A stretch of 42,699 nucleotides of DNA. Source: Candidatus Woesearchaeota archaeon (GTDB taxonomy: Archaea > Nanobdellota > Nanobdellia > SCGC-AAA011-G17 > ARS1403). The number at the start of each line of letters is the position of its first letter. The first letter of the stretch is position 1. Below, in pieces: positions 1 through 8,946 of this stretch. Under the pieces are notes generated by a model, which saw only the letters and a list, made by a program, of their open reading frames with translations, was not told the DNA's origin and ran no database searches. The translations under genes and the position numbers were made by a program. The stretch lies in contig JACOZQ010000029.1 in the NCBI GenBank assembly GCA_016181275.1, positions 696 to 43,394 of the forward strand, written 5' to 3'.

Positions 1-689
1 GGCTCTAATGAGCATGTTGAATAAACTAAAGTTCCTTTTTCTTTCAATAATGAATATGCTTTTAGAATCAGCTTGCGCTGCTGATAACCTAATTTTTTTA
101 TCATGCCTTGATTATAAATATTAACCGTGTTCGGAGACTTTTTTATTGTTCCTGTTCCTGAGCACGGAGCATCTAAAAGTATCCTGTCAAATTTAATCTC
201 TGGAAAATTTTCCCCCCTGTAGATTGTTATCATTGCATTTGAAATGCCGCATCTCTGCAGATTCATTGATAGTGCTTTTACTCTGTCCCATTTTATATCA
301 TTTGCAATTATAGCTCCTTTATTTTCCATGATAGCTGCCAGCTGAGTTGTCTTTGACCCGGGAGCTGCTGACATGTCCAAAACGAGCTCGTTATTTCTTG
401 GAGCTAAAATTTGAGCCGGGATCATCGATGCTGCTTCCTGGACATAAAAATATCCCAAAAAATGCTCTTTTAAATTTCCAACTGCTATCTTTTTTCTTTC
501 AATGTAAAAACCTGAGCTGCACCACGGCACTTGCTTTAAATTTTCTATCCTTTTCTTAAATTCTGAAACTGAAATCTTTAATGTGTTAATTCTAATAGAT
601 TTTTTAATCGGAGATGAGAAAGATTCTTTTAATTCTTTTAAATTTGTCAATTCAGAATATCTTTTTTCGAAGGATTGTTTGTATTCCAT
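1..689 (-). CDS. NOL1/NOP2/RsmB-family RNA m5C methyltransferase (3' end runs off the window)
   Basis: Not in the ORF track. Manual translation from ATG 689 gives MEYKQSFEKRY...YVQEAASMIPA...VLDMSAAPGSKTTQ...FDRILLDAPCSGTG...LVYSTCSLE, which contains the SAM-binding motif and both catalytic Cys motifs (PC and TC). Confidence 0.93.
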   Translation of the reverse strand, partial: MEYKQSFEKRYSELTNLKELKESFSSPIKKSIRINTLKISVSEFKKRIENLKQVPWCSSGFYIERKKIAVGNLKEHFLGYFYVQEAASMIPAQILAPRNNELVLDMSAAPGSKTTQLAAIMENKGAIIANDIKWDRVKALSMNLQRCGISNAMITIYRGENFPEIKFDRILLDAPCSGTGTIKKSPNTVNIYNQGMIKKLGYQQRKLILKAYSLLKEKGTLVYSTCSLE

Positions 690-699
690 TTGCTGCTCA

Positions 700-1329
700 T
701 TACTCTTTATTTTTAAACTTGCTATACTTTATATTATTGTTGATGAATAATAAGATTCTTAAGACTATTTCCATGCAGACTATAAACAGCAGATAATACA
801 AAATTGTTTTCCATAAACCATGGATTTCTTTCATCGATTCTATTGCCGTTTCAAGCGAGAAATATGATAGTCCAGAAACTAGAAACACTGCTAATAATGC
901 CAAAGGCAATGTTTTTGCTATATCTCTTGCAAGCTCCTCATTATAATATGATGTGATCCTCGTTGTTGCAACTATTGCCATTGAAAATAATAGAAGTGTA
1001 TTTGTCTGCTGGTTCTCTGATAAAAATATTAGCAGTATTGATAATACTATAAACCAGAAGAATGTAAATAAAGGAAATATTATCAAGTGCTCTAAAATAT
1101 AAAATAAAAAAGCAACAAAGTCTTTTACATTTTCCCATCTTGACCTACTGTACTCTACAAGATTTAATTTGAAAATATCTCTAGTTGCTAAAAACCTGTA
1201 GAACTTGAAAATAAATATTGAATAAATAACCATACCAATTATAAATAATATTAAAGGCTTTCCTGCTATTATTGCTTCATTTAAAGAAAGATTACTACCA
1301 ACGAAGTCAGCTATAATTTTAAATACCAC
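700..1329 (-). CDS. Hypothetical multi-pass membrane protein
   Basis: 209-aa ORF with about 5-6 hydrophobic segments; ends 10 bp upstream of the methyltransferase start. Confidence 0.7.
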   Translation of the reverse strand: MVFKIIADFVGSNLSLNEAIIAGKPLILFIIGMVIYSIFIFKFYRFLATRDIFKLNLVEYSRSRWENVKDFVAFLFYILEHLIIFPLFTFFWFIVLSILLIFLSENQQTNTLLLFSMAIVATTRITSYYNEELARDIAKTLPLALLAVFLVSGLSYFSLETAIESMKEIHGLWKTILYYLLFIVCMEIVLRILLFINNNIKYSKFKNKE

Positions 1330-1411
1330 ACTAAACGGTTGTTATTTATAAAATATAAATCTTATGTTTAAGCCAACAAATCTTTAAATATAATCCTGTT
1401 ATTTTATTTTC

Positions 1412-2206
1412 ATGAAAGTTGAAATTAAAAGGGGATACACTATTTATTCAAAAGACAATAATGAATTTGTTTTCGTTGCTCCTCATTCAGGGCATGCAAT
1501 TGTCAATCCTGTTCATCGAGATGATCATTCTGAAACCATCGCTAGCTTATGTTGGAAAGAGCTTGGAGGAAAGCTAATAATAAGCGGGATAAGCAGAGAC
1601 AGGTTGTGGGGAATTGACTTTAACAGAAAAATACCCTCATTAAAAGAAGCTATGAAAAATTATGATTCATTTAACAATACAGAAGAAAGAGGGAGCTTGC
1701 TAGATTATGCAAAGAAATATGCATGGGTTGCAATCGATGAAAGTGATTACAATGAGAGGCTTAAGATTTACCAGAATTTTTGGAATGAAGTCGGCGACGG
1801 CAAATACATAATTCTGCTTCATAAAAATTTTCCAAAGATGAAAGCTGTTCCGAGCATAATGGATATTATAACTTTTTCTGATGCCGGTATTAAAAGAAAA
1901 ATAATTAAGAAAATTGTGAATGAGATGAACAGCAAATACTTTGACTTCTTTGAGAAAATCAAGACAGATTACAGGAATGCCATTCTTGCTGATACTAGAA
2001 GGTTTGTTCTAAACCTGATTAGAGTATATGAGCATTTCAATCCTAATGACATGAGCAAAGGGCATAAAAGCTCTATTGAAAAAGATCTTGACAAGATAAC
2101 AAAATATGCAGACAAGATTGCAATGAACAGTCTAAATTTTTGGCATCCCCATATGGCTGCTAAGATAATAAAGGATGTTGTTGAAAAGATTAAGAATGGG
2201 AATTGA
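1412..2206 (+). CDS. N-formylglutamate amidohydrolase-like (Zn-carboxypeptidase fold) protein, possibly internally deleted
   Basis: FVAPHSG, RDDHSE, ISRDRLWGIDFNR and ILLHKNF resemble the FGase motifs PHSG / D..T / SR..D.NR / xxH. Confidence 0.55.
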   Translation: MKVEIKRGYTIYSKDNNEFVFVAPHSGHAIVNPVHRDDHSETIASLCWKELGGKLIISGISRDRLWGIDFNRKIPSLKEAMKNYDSFNNTEERGSLLDYAKKYAWVAIDESDYNERLKIYQNFWNEVGDGKYIILLHKNFPKMKAVPSIMDIITFSDAGIKRKIIKKIVNEMNSKYFDFFEKIKTDYRNAILADTRRFVLNLIRVYEHFNPNDMSKGHKSSIEKDLDKITKYADKIAMNSLNFWHPHMAAKIIKDVVEKIKNGN

Positions 2207-2251
2207 TTTATGGATATATTTATAAAATTTTTCCTCTTACAGAGTAATAAA

Positions 2252-2602
2252 ATGACAGAGAGATTTCATATTGAAGGAAAAGTAACCGGTTTATCCAGAA
2301 TCCCATCTCAAGTAAGATTTGATGGAAAACAAGAAGTAGATACTTTTGTTACTAAATTAGATTTAAGATGTCCTTTTGATAGTAAAGGTAGAATTACTCA
2401 AGTTATTTATCCTGATTCCACATCAATACGCCCTGGTGATTATATTTCTGCAGAAGGAGCAGAGGTTCAACTCGATGGAATGAATTACAGAGGATTAGCT
2501 GAAAAGGTTCGGGTTTTAGATAGAGGATTATTTAGAAATAAAAGATGGATTAAGCATGATTATGAATGTTCTTCGTATACTGTGAAGTCATGGCATTGGT
2601 AG
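2252..2602 (+). CDS. Hypothetical protein, possible OB-fold
   Basis: ATG 2252 lies about 25 bp after TTTATAAAA (2219-2227); beta-rich pattern IEGKVTG...IRPGDYISAEG. Confidence 0.5.
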   Translation: MTERFHIEGKVTGLSRIPSQVRFDGKQEVDTFVTKLDLRCPFDSKGRITQVIYPDSTSIRPGDYISAEGAEVQLDGMNYRGLAEKVRVLDRGLFRNKRWIKHDYECSSYTVKSWHW

Positions 2603-2666
2603 TAATTTTTTAACATCTTTTAAATCCTTAATTCCAATTCTTCCTTTGAATAATAAATCTAAATCT

Positions 2667-3497
2667 TTATGTTAAATTATAAGCTTCCTCATCAGAAAAA
2701 TAATTCTGCAGAAAATTAAAAGTTTCCCTGAATGAATTCTTCAAAGCCAAGTCTATTGCCAAAACCCTTCCAGCATAATTTTTCAAGTTTTTATTTCTCA
2801 AGAGATTATTCTTTTCTTCAATATAAACTGCCAGTCCCTCTTCTGTTTCTTCATAATTTGCCGTCCCATACTGAAAAATATTATATCTTTGCTTTTCCCC
2901 ATTTGAGCTACGAGTTGTATGAACTCCTATCTCATGAATTATCAATCTTTTTACATCTTCTTTTGAAAAACCTTCTCCCGATTTTACATACAATATTTTT
3001 TCCATCGTGACATTATCAACTCTCGAGCCGAGATTTTCCTTGACAATTGAGCTCCATCCTGGAAATTTTTTTAGTTCTCTATTTAGGATTTCTGTAACTT
3101 CTTCAGTTGATAAATTATTATCTTCTTTTTCTTCTTTTAATCTTAATAATCTCTTTGCATCTCTTACTAATTTTGGTGTTGTCTTTCCATAATACTTTAT
3201 TGAATTTTGAGTAAAGTTGGAGTATCCAACAGAATCTAAAATATCAATCCAAATTATTAATTTTTTAATTTTCTTTTTAAATAGAGAATCTTCTACTTGT
3301 TCATAAAATTTTTCAAGCATTTTTCTGTATCTATTAAGCTTTAGGTTTTTTTCTAAATACCTAAATTTTGGATTGTAATTGCTAGATGAGAAGAATTTCT
3401 TTTTTTCAGAATCCTGGTTCATCGGATTTATATATTTTAATTTCAGAATATCCTGGCAGATTTCAAGCATTTGCGAATCTATTTCATATAGGTTCAT
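2667..3497 (-). CDS. DUF1704 / MATCAP-like gluzincin metallocarboxypeptidase, C-terminally broken
   Basis: HEIGVH zinc motif, ETEEGLA, YAGRVLA. The ORF stops at AYNLT; a family-like tail (KDLDLLFKGRIGIKDL) follows in another frame at about 2610-2670. Confidence 0.8.
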   Translation of the reverse strand: MNLYEIDSQMLEICQDILKLKYINPMNQDSEKKKFFSSSNYNPKFRYLEKNLKLNRYRKMLEKFYEQVEDSLFKKKIKKLIIWIDILDSVGYSNFTQNSIKYYGKTTPKLVRDAKRLLRLKEEKEDNNLSTEEVTEILNRELKKFPGWSSIVKENLGSRVDNVTMEKILYVKSGEGFSKEDVKRLIIHEIGVHTTRSSNGEKQRYNIFQYGTANYEETEEGLAVYIEEKNNLLRNKNLKNYAGRVLAIDLALKNSFRETFNFLQNYFSDEEAYNLT

Positions 3498-3550
3498 TTT
3501 ACGATAGTTTTATTAAAGTTTTTTCTTTTTATTCTTGTTGGTGATGAAAG

Positions 3551-3961
3551 ATGGATTTGATTAGAAATTATCCGAGAAGCCCGTTTGAGATGATGGCTGG
3601 AATCGTAATGCTTCCAAGAACTATTGATAAAACCAAAGCATTTAATGCAAATAAACTTGGAGAGTATCATTATAATTGTCCTTTAGATCAGGCTGTTTTT
3701 GAATTTTTGAGTATAAGCTCTGAAGAATTTGCTAGAAAAGTTGCTGATTTGGAGACTGATGAGAAGATTGAGAAATGGATTAGCTCAATAATGAAGGACA
3801 AAACTAAGGCGGAGAAGCACCAATTCAATAATTACATGAGGCATTCCAAGCCTGAAACCCCCAATAAAATCAAATGGATGGAAAATGAGAAGAAAAAAAT
3901 AGGAAGGAATGATTACTTCAGCTATTTTGACAACATAGATGCTGATGAAAAAAGATTTTGA
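3551..3961 (+). CDS. DUF5069-family protein
   Basis: PRSPFEMMAGIVMLPRTIDK...LGEYHYNCPLDQAVFEFL pattern; GGTGA Shine-Dalgarno-like sequence at about 3540-3545. Confidence 0.75.
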   Translation: MDLIRNYPRSPFEMMAGIVMLPRTIDKTKAFNANKLGEYHYNCPLDQAVFEFLSISSEEFARKVADLETDEKIEKWISSIMKDKTKAEKHQFNNYMRHSKPETPNKIKWMENEKKKIGRNDYFSYFDNIDADEKRF

Positions 3962-3995
3962 GTAAGTTTAAATATTTCTATTTCTTTTTTATTTC

Positions 3996-5930
3996 ATGCT
4001 TTTTAAAAGATTGAAAAAAAAGAGATGGATTTTAATTTCTGCAATAATTATTCTAGTATTATTAATTATTTTTTTAGGAGCTAAATTTTACTTACTTTTT
4101 AATTTTCTAATTGGTAATGATACTGTCATAAAAATTGATTCCGGAGATGAATATTTATTTTTGAAAAATCGGGAATCAAGAGATGTTGATTTTGAAGCGA
4201 AGGTTACTACAAATCCTTTTTGCTCTGCTGCATGCTCAATAGAATTCCTAGACCTAAATGACATGAGCTTGATTGATTATGATGAGTTTTCATTAAAGCC
4301 AGGAAGCCCTTTTAAAAAATCATATCAAATTTCTGCTGATGGAGATGGAAGAGGAAAAGATTTTTATAGATTTAAAGTTGAATGTACGAGCAGTGGCGGA
4401 TTTTTATGCCATAGTGACAGAGAAAAAACTACAAGGAATTTGCTAATTGTGGCTGAGCATGACTTAAATGAAATTGAGCAGGAAAATAAAAAAGCATTTG
4501 AGGAATTGTCATTAGAGATATTGCAAGATATAAATGAAATGGAAAAAAATATTTTGATATTTAATGATGCTACATCAAAACTAAACAGAACAGTTATAGT
4601 AGATATTGATGATGCATTTGAAATTGACAACTTTTATGATGGGCTGATGAATTTAAGTTCTGATGAAAATTACTACTTAAAACTTCCTGAGCTCAATGAA
4701 CTTAATGAAGGATTTTTAGATACAAAAAAAGAATTTGAAGTTGCTAATAATAAAATATTAGACTCTGTAATTACATATAATTCTTTGATTGATGCATTAT
4801 TATTTTCCAAATCTTTCCTTGATAATTTAAGCAATCTCAGCCTAGAATTAGATACTGCTGAAAATACTAAATTATTTTTTGATGAATTTAATAACATTGC
4901 AGCTAATTTTGATCAGAGAGATTACCTAGAAAATAAATCATTTTTGGTAAATAACTTCCTTGATAGATTGCATAATTTTGATCTTGAAGAAGCTGATAAT
5001 GGAACAATTGTTGATGGAAAAGCAAATGAAATAAATTTTGAGAAAATTGAATTGCTAAATATTTCTGCAGATGAATCAAAAATTGATTTTCCAGAAATAA
5101 AATTGAAATGCATATTAAATAATATTACAGGCAATTGTGGCGAGGATGGAAATAATTCAGTTGTATTTGTGCATGGACATGCTGTCACAAAAGATGCGCC
5201 TCTCGAATTCAGCTTGGAAGGTTTTGGAAAATTACAAAATAAGCTAGAAGATGAGGGATATATTAATGCCGGCACTATTACATTGTATACCAAAAAAGAA
5301 GTTCCTGTTGGCATTTGGAACGTTCATGCTCCATTCTCAATTAGAGCAAGTTATTATTTTGATTTATTTGATGAGCCTGAAAACTATAAAGTTGTTTTAA
5401 CTAAGAGCGAGAATATAGATACATACGCTGTCAGAATGAAAGAAGTTTTTGACAATATCAGATATAGAACTGGAAAAGATAAAATTGATGTTGTTGCATT
5501 CAGCATGGGGGGGCTTGTAATTAGAAGGCATGTCCAATTGTTTGGCAGCGATGGTTTTGGAAAGATAATTTTACTTGGCACACCAAATAAAGGAATTGTT
5601 GGAGATGTTGCTACATTATGCCCTATTGTCGGCGGAGAAAAAAGGGAATGTGATGATATGCTTTCTGGAAGTTTGTTTATGCAAAAACTTAACAGAGATA
5701 AAATTCCTAAAAACCTGCACAATATATACGGAACTGGCTGTGAAATGACTGGTGGAAGTGGAGATGGAATTGTATTAGAAGATAATGCAAAGCTTGATGG
5801 CGCTAAAAATTACATTGTTAATGGGACCTGCATGGGGAGATTTACTCCTTTGCATCTGGACTTGCTTGATTTAGATGGGTATCCTGAAGTATATAAAATT
5901 ATAAAGGAAATTTTGAGTTCACAGTCGTAG
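3996..5930 (+). CDS. Membrane-anchored protein with C-terminal alpha/beta-hydrolase (lipase/PGAP1-like) domain
   Basis: Basic N-terminus and TM helix, Cys-containing beta region, acidic helical stalk, then VFVHGH, nucleophile elbow AFSMGG, GTPNKG, GDGIV and a C-terminal His (PLHLDL). Confidence 0.8.
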   Translation: MLFKRLKKKRWILISAIIILVLLIIFLGAKFYLLFNFLIGNDTVIKIDSGDEYLFLKNRESRDVDFEAKVTTNPFCSAACSIEFLDLNDMSLIDYDEFSLKPGSPFKKSYQISADGDGRGKDFYRFKVECTSSGGFLCHSDREKTTRNLLIVAEHDLNEIEQENKKAFEELSLEILQDINEMEKNILIFNDATSKLNRTVIVDIDDAFEIDNFYDGLMNLSSDENYYLKLPELNELNEGFLDTKKEFEVANNKILDSVITYNSLIDALLFSKSFLDNLSNLSLELDTAENTKLFFDEFNNIAANFDQRDYLENKSFLVNNFLDRLHNFDLEEADNGTIVDGKANEINFEKIELLNISADESKIDFPEIKLKCILNNITGNCGEDGNNSVVFVHGHAVTKDAPLEFSLEGFGKLQNKLEDEGYINAGTITLYTKKEVPVGIWNVHAPFSIRASYYFDLFDEPENYKVVLTKSENIDTYAVRMKEVFDNIRYRTGKDKIDVVAFSMGGLVIRRHVQLFGSDGFGKIILLGTPNKGIVGDVATLCPIVGGEKRECDDMLSGSLFMQKLNRDKIPKNLHNIYGTGCEMTGGSGDGIVLEDNAKLDGAKNYIVNGTCMGRFTPLHLDLLDLDGYPEVYKIIKEILSSQS

Positions 5931-5996
5931 CGTAAAATTTATAAATGAGTGATTGAGCTGAAATCGAATTCTTAAATATTTGGAGACATTAAAAAA

Positions 5997-6491
5997 ATGA
6001 GACTCGGAAGATTGCTGTATATTGCCTTTATTGGCAACACTTTGTTGGGACCAATAGATTCTAATGCAAAAGAATCTACTAAAAAATATATTGATAGCAT
6101 TGTCGAAGAAACTATTGAAAAATATGATGCTCATAGATATAATATAACTCCGGAATTAGTTTCTTCTATGATATTTCATGAGAGCACTTATGACAGTCTT
6201 GCTGTATCTAAAAAAGGTGCTATGGGATTAATGCAGCTAATGCCGAAAACTGCTGCAGAACTTGGTGTCAAAAATCCGTTTGATCCTAGAGAGAACATTG
6301 ATGGAGGGGTTAGAATGCTGATTGGACTTTCTAAGAGATATGACAATAATAGAACTGCATTAGCAGCTTATAACCGAGGCAAAACCAAAGTCGATACTTT
6401 AATGGCTGAATACGGACATAGGTGGTGGAATGAGCTTCCATCTATAACAAGAAGATATGTAAAAAATGTTTTGGGTTATGCTGAAGAATAA
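5997..6491 (+). CDS. Soluble lytic transglycosylase (SLT domain) with N-terminal signal-like segment
   Basis: Catalytic HES motif, AVSKKGAMGLMQLMP, FDPRENIDGG, ALAAYNRG, TRRYVKNV. Confidence 0.92.
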   Translation: MRLGRLLYIAFIGNTLLGPIDSNAKESTKKYIDSIVEETIEKYDAHRYNITPELVSSMIFHESTYDSLAVSKKGAMGLMQLMPKTAAELGVKNPFDPRENIDGGVRMLIGLSKRYDNNRTALAAYNRGKTKVDTLMAEYGHRWWNELPSITRRYVKNVLGYAEE

Positions 6492-6511
6492 TTGTTTTTT
6501 ATTTTTGAAAC

Positions 6512-6583
6512 TGCGCTGACGGAGATTTGAACTCCGGTCGCTGCCTTGGCAAGGCAACATTCTAGCCACTGAACTATCAGCGC
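6512..6583 (-). tRNA. tRNA-Gly(GCC)
   Basis: Reverse complement GCGCTGATAGTTCAGTGGCTAGAATGTTGCCTTGCCAAGGCAGCGACCGGAGTTCAAATCTCCGTCAGCGCA folds as a cloverleaf; anticodon GCC; CCA not encoded; TTTAAATA box about 27 bp upstream. Confidence 0.95.
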
Positions 6584-6770
6584 AATAAAAGACTAATAAA
6601 AAAGGGTTATTTAAATATTATGAAAATTTTCTTTTATATCAATCTGTCTTATCTCTTATAAGATCAGGGGATAATCTTCATTATAGTCTTCTAATATTTA
6701 TGTGCCTATACATCTATATAATATTGACGGAGATTATATTAATTTAATAATTATATTTATTGGTGGTGAG

Positions 6771-6806
6771 AAAATGAAATATAAAATGAAATATAAAATG
6801 AAATAT
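6771..6806 (+). repeat. 12-bp tandem repeat (AAAATGAAATAT)x3 spanning a start codon
   Basis: Seen directly; encodes MKYKMKYKMKYK right after GGTGGTGA (6762-6769). Confidence 0.9.
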
Positions 6807-7646
6807 AAATACGTTATTGCGTTAACTTTTGTATTGCTTGTTTTGCCTATTGTATATCCCCAGCAGGCATTAGTTGAGGAGTCATCCAATATTAAAATTG
6901 ATCTTCCAAACCTACAATGGAAAAAGATAAAAGAAAGATTGAACGATGTTTTCTTTGATATAAAAGAAATGATTACAATCAATAAAAAAGAGAAAGTTGA
7001 GCTCATAAAAGAAAGAAATGAAGAGCTTAAATCGAGGCAAAAAGAATGGCTTGAGATAAAAGCACTGGCTTTTGCTAAATTTAATTCTGAAAATTTAACT
7101 TCTGAGGAAAAACAAGAGATTATTGCAGAGATTCAAGCTGAACATGAGGCAATTATAAAGCATCATCTTGAGCTTACAAGAGAAATAAAGATGCTTAAAG
7201 CTGAAGCTGATTTTGAAAACAATACTGAAGTTTCTGGCAATGCTGAAAATGCAGGCAAAGAAATGGATAAATCAAAGCTAAACATGGGCTTGGAAATACC
7301 TGTTATCGGGCAAGCAGCTATTAGATTTAGCAACTATGATTATGGCTATGATGATGAAGATGAAATAATTACTGAAAATCAAGCTGAAATAATCGCTGAA
7401 TCCAAATTCGGCTTTAAATCAACAGGGGTTATAAAAAGCAGTGAAAATGGCAGAGTAGTATTCATAATCAAAGGAAGCAGAGATAAGTTCAAAGGCAATG
7501 TTATGATTAAAGAATTCTATGAAGTATATATTGATAAAGAAACTGGAGAAATAATTTATGCCAATGTTGATTTAGATATGGGAAATAATATTAATGCTGC
7601 TGGATTAAATGTAAAGTCTGATTTAAACGTAGAACTGGGGGTTTGA
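6774..7646 (+). CDS. Secreted/surface protein with coiled-coil and PepSY-like C-terminal region
   Basis: SD-supported ATG 6774, signal peptide, helical region, then ITENQAEIIA...YEVYIDKETGEII (PepSY-like). Confidence 0.6.
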   Translation: MKYKMKYKMKYKYVIALTFVLLVLPIVYPQQALVEESSNIKIDLPNLQWKKIKERLNDVFFDIKEMITINKKEKVELIKERNEELKSRQKEWLEIKALAFAKFNSENLTSEEKQEIIAEIQAEHEAIIKHHLELTREIKMLKAEADFENNTEVSGNAENAGKEMDKSKLNMGLEIPVIGQAAIRFSNYDYGYDDEDEIITENQAEIIAESKFGFKSTGVIKSSENGRVVFIIKGSRDKFKGNVMIKEFYEVYIDKETGEIIYANVDLDMGNNINAAGLNVKSDLNVELGV

Positions 7647-7648
7647 AT

Positions 7649-7757
7649 TTATGTCCACCAATATAGCATGGTTATATAACCTATTATTCCAGCTATAAAA
7701 ATTAATCCAGCTAAAGCTAGTATATATTTGTATAACCAATTTTAAATAAAAATTCAT
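7649..7757 (-). CDS. Possible small single-TM protein (frameshifted near start)
   Basis: Frame NWLYKYILALAGLIFIAGIIGYITMLYWWT*; the nearest ATG (7757) is out of frame across T/A homopolymers. Confidence 0.25.
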
Positions 7758-7807
7758 AAAAAGATTTAAGCCTGATTATATAGAATTAAAAATTTGTGCC
7801 TGTATAC

Positions 7808-8104
7808 CTATGCAACTATATTGTCTATTTTTTTAACAAAATCAACATCTGCTATCGTTATCGCATTTTTGCTATGGGTTGTTACTGAAATTTTTATTAT
7901 TTTATTTTTGGTATCAAAGAACAAATCTGAATGATGATTTTGTTCGTCCATTGCAGAAATAACTTTTTTTAAGAAATTAACTAAATCCAAAAATTTGAAA
8001 AACTGAAATTCTTTTTCTAGCAAGTTGTTTTTGTAAATCCAATTACTTAAATTTTTTAGCTCTTCAATAATTTCTTCTTTTTTCAGAATTGTTTTATCTT
8101 CCAT
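7808..8104 (-). CDS. phhB: Pterin-4a-carbinolamine dehydratase
   Basis: W...LEKEFQF..F...NHHSDL...TTHSKNAITIADV matches the PCD/DCoH motifs (HHP, THS..G.T..D). Confidence 0.85.
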   Translation of the reverse strand: MEDKTILKKEEIIEELKNLSNWIYKNNLLEKEFQFFKFLDLVNFLKKVISAMDEQNHHSDLFFDTKNKIIKISVTTHSKNAITIADVDFVKKIDNIVA

Positions 8105-8157
8105 AATATATTTAACAGAAGATAAAGTTTTTAAAAGTTTGGTTAATATAAAGTAAT

Positions 8158-8946
8158 ATGACTACGGTCTTAGGAATAAAGACAAATTCTGGAATTGATT
8201 CTGTGATTTTGGTTTCAGACACACAACACACTATAGATTATGGAGATTTTGAAAGGAAAACTATTGGCGGAAAGATTAGGGTTGGAGAAAACCATGCTAT
8301 TGCTTTTACTGGAAATTCTGAGAAATTTGTAGAAAGATTTTCTAGCTATATCAGCGGACGTACCTCGGCTAAAAATTTTGTTAAGGAAATTTTTAAAGGA
8401 AAGGTTCATCCTCTTTTTTCAGATTTGCCAAAAGATCCAATTAAATTAGCAATAGAAGCAGGATTTTTTCCTGAATTGAGTTTTACTAATAGCGCTTATT
8501 ATAGGAGCCAAGAGAATGAGAGCAATGGAAAGGAAGTTTTTGACTATTTTACAGAACTGATACTGGCAGTGAATAAGCCGGATTTAGGATTATATTATGT
8601 AGATGGATTTGGAAACTTAAGCTCATCATCTTATGGTATAGAATACTTGGTTGCTGGCTCTGGAAGAGAAATTGTTCAAACATATATAGATGAAGAGGAA
8701 TTCAGAAATGATCCTGCAATAAAAGAGGAATTTAGTGAGGATAGAATAACAACGCCTTTAGCAATGAAATTAGCAATCGGTGGTTTAAGAAAAGCAACAA
8801 AGGACGGCAGCACTGGCGGACCAATAGATTTAGTAGTTGTAACCGCAGATTCAATAAATGTACATGGGTCAGAAATAAGAAGATCATTAGACGTTGCGGA
8901 AAGAGAGATCTATCAAAAGATAGTAACTAAATATTTAACTGATTAA
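8158..8946 (+). CDS. Divergent proteasome beta-like Ntn threonine protease without propeptide
   Basis: MTTVLGI (Thr1), VSDTQ (Asp17), GGKI (Lys33), AFTG, VAGSG, KDGSTGGPIDLVVVT. Confidence 0.8.
   Translation: MTTVLGIKTNSGIDSVILVSDTQHTIDYGDFERKTIGGKIRVGENHAIAFTGNSEKFVERFSSYISGRTSAKNFVKEIFKGKVHPLFSDLPKDPIKLAIEAGFFPELSFTNSAYYRSQENESNGKEVFDYFTELILAVNKPDLGLYYVDGFGNLSSSSYGIEYLVAGSGREIVQTYIDEEEFRNDPAIKEEFSEDRITTPLAMKLAIGGLRKATKDGSTGGPIDLVVVTADSINVHGSEIRRSLDVAEREIYQKIVTKYLTD

Noticed and set aside
347-796. Plus-strand ORFs 347-559 and 614-796
   Set aside because: Antisense shadows of the NOP2/RsmB methyltransferase and the membrane-protein gene; no motifs.
5997-6583. Provirus or integrated element at tRNA-Gly containing the SLT gene
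   Set aside because: No integrase, capsid or terminase gene, and I saw no duplicated tRNA 3' end (att site) in the window.
6640-6700. Short palindrome CTTATAAG and TCTT repeats upstream of the surface-protein gene
   Set aside because: Too short and AT-rich to exceed chance expectation.
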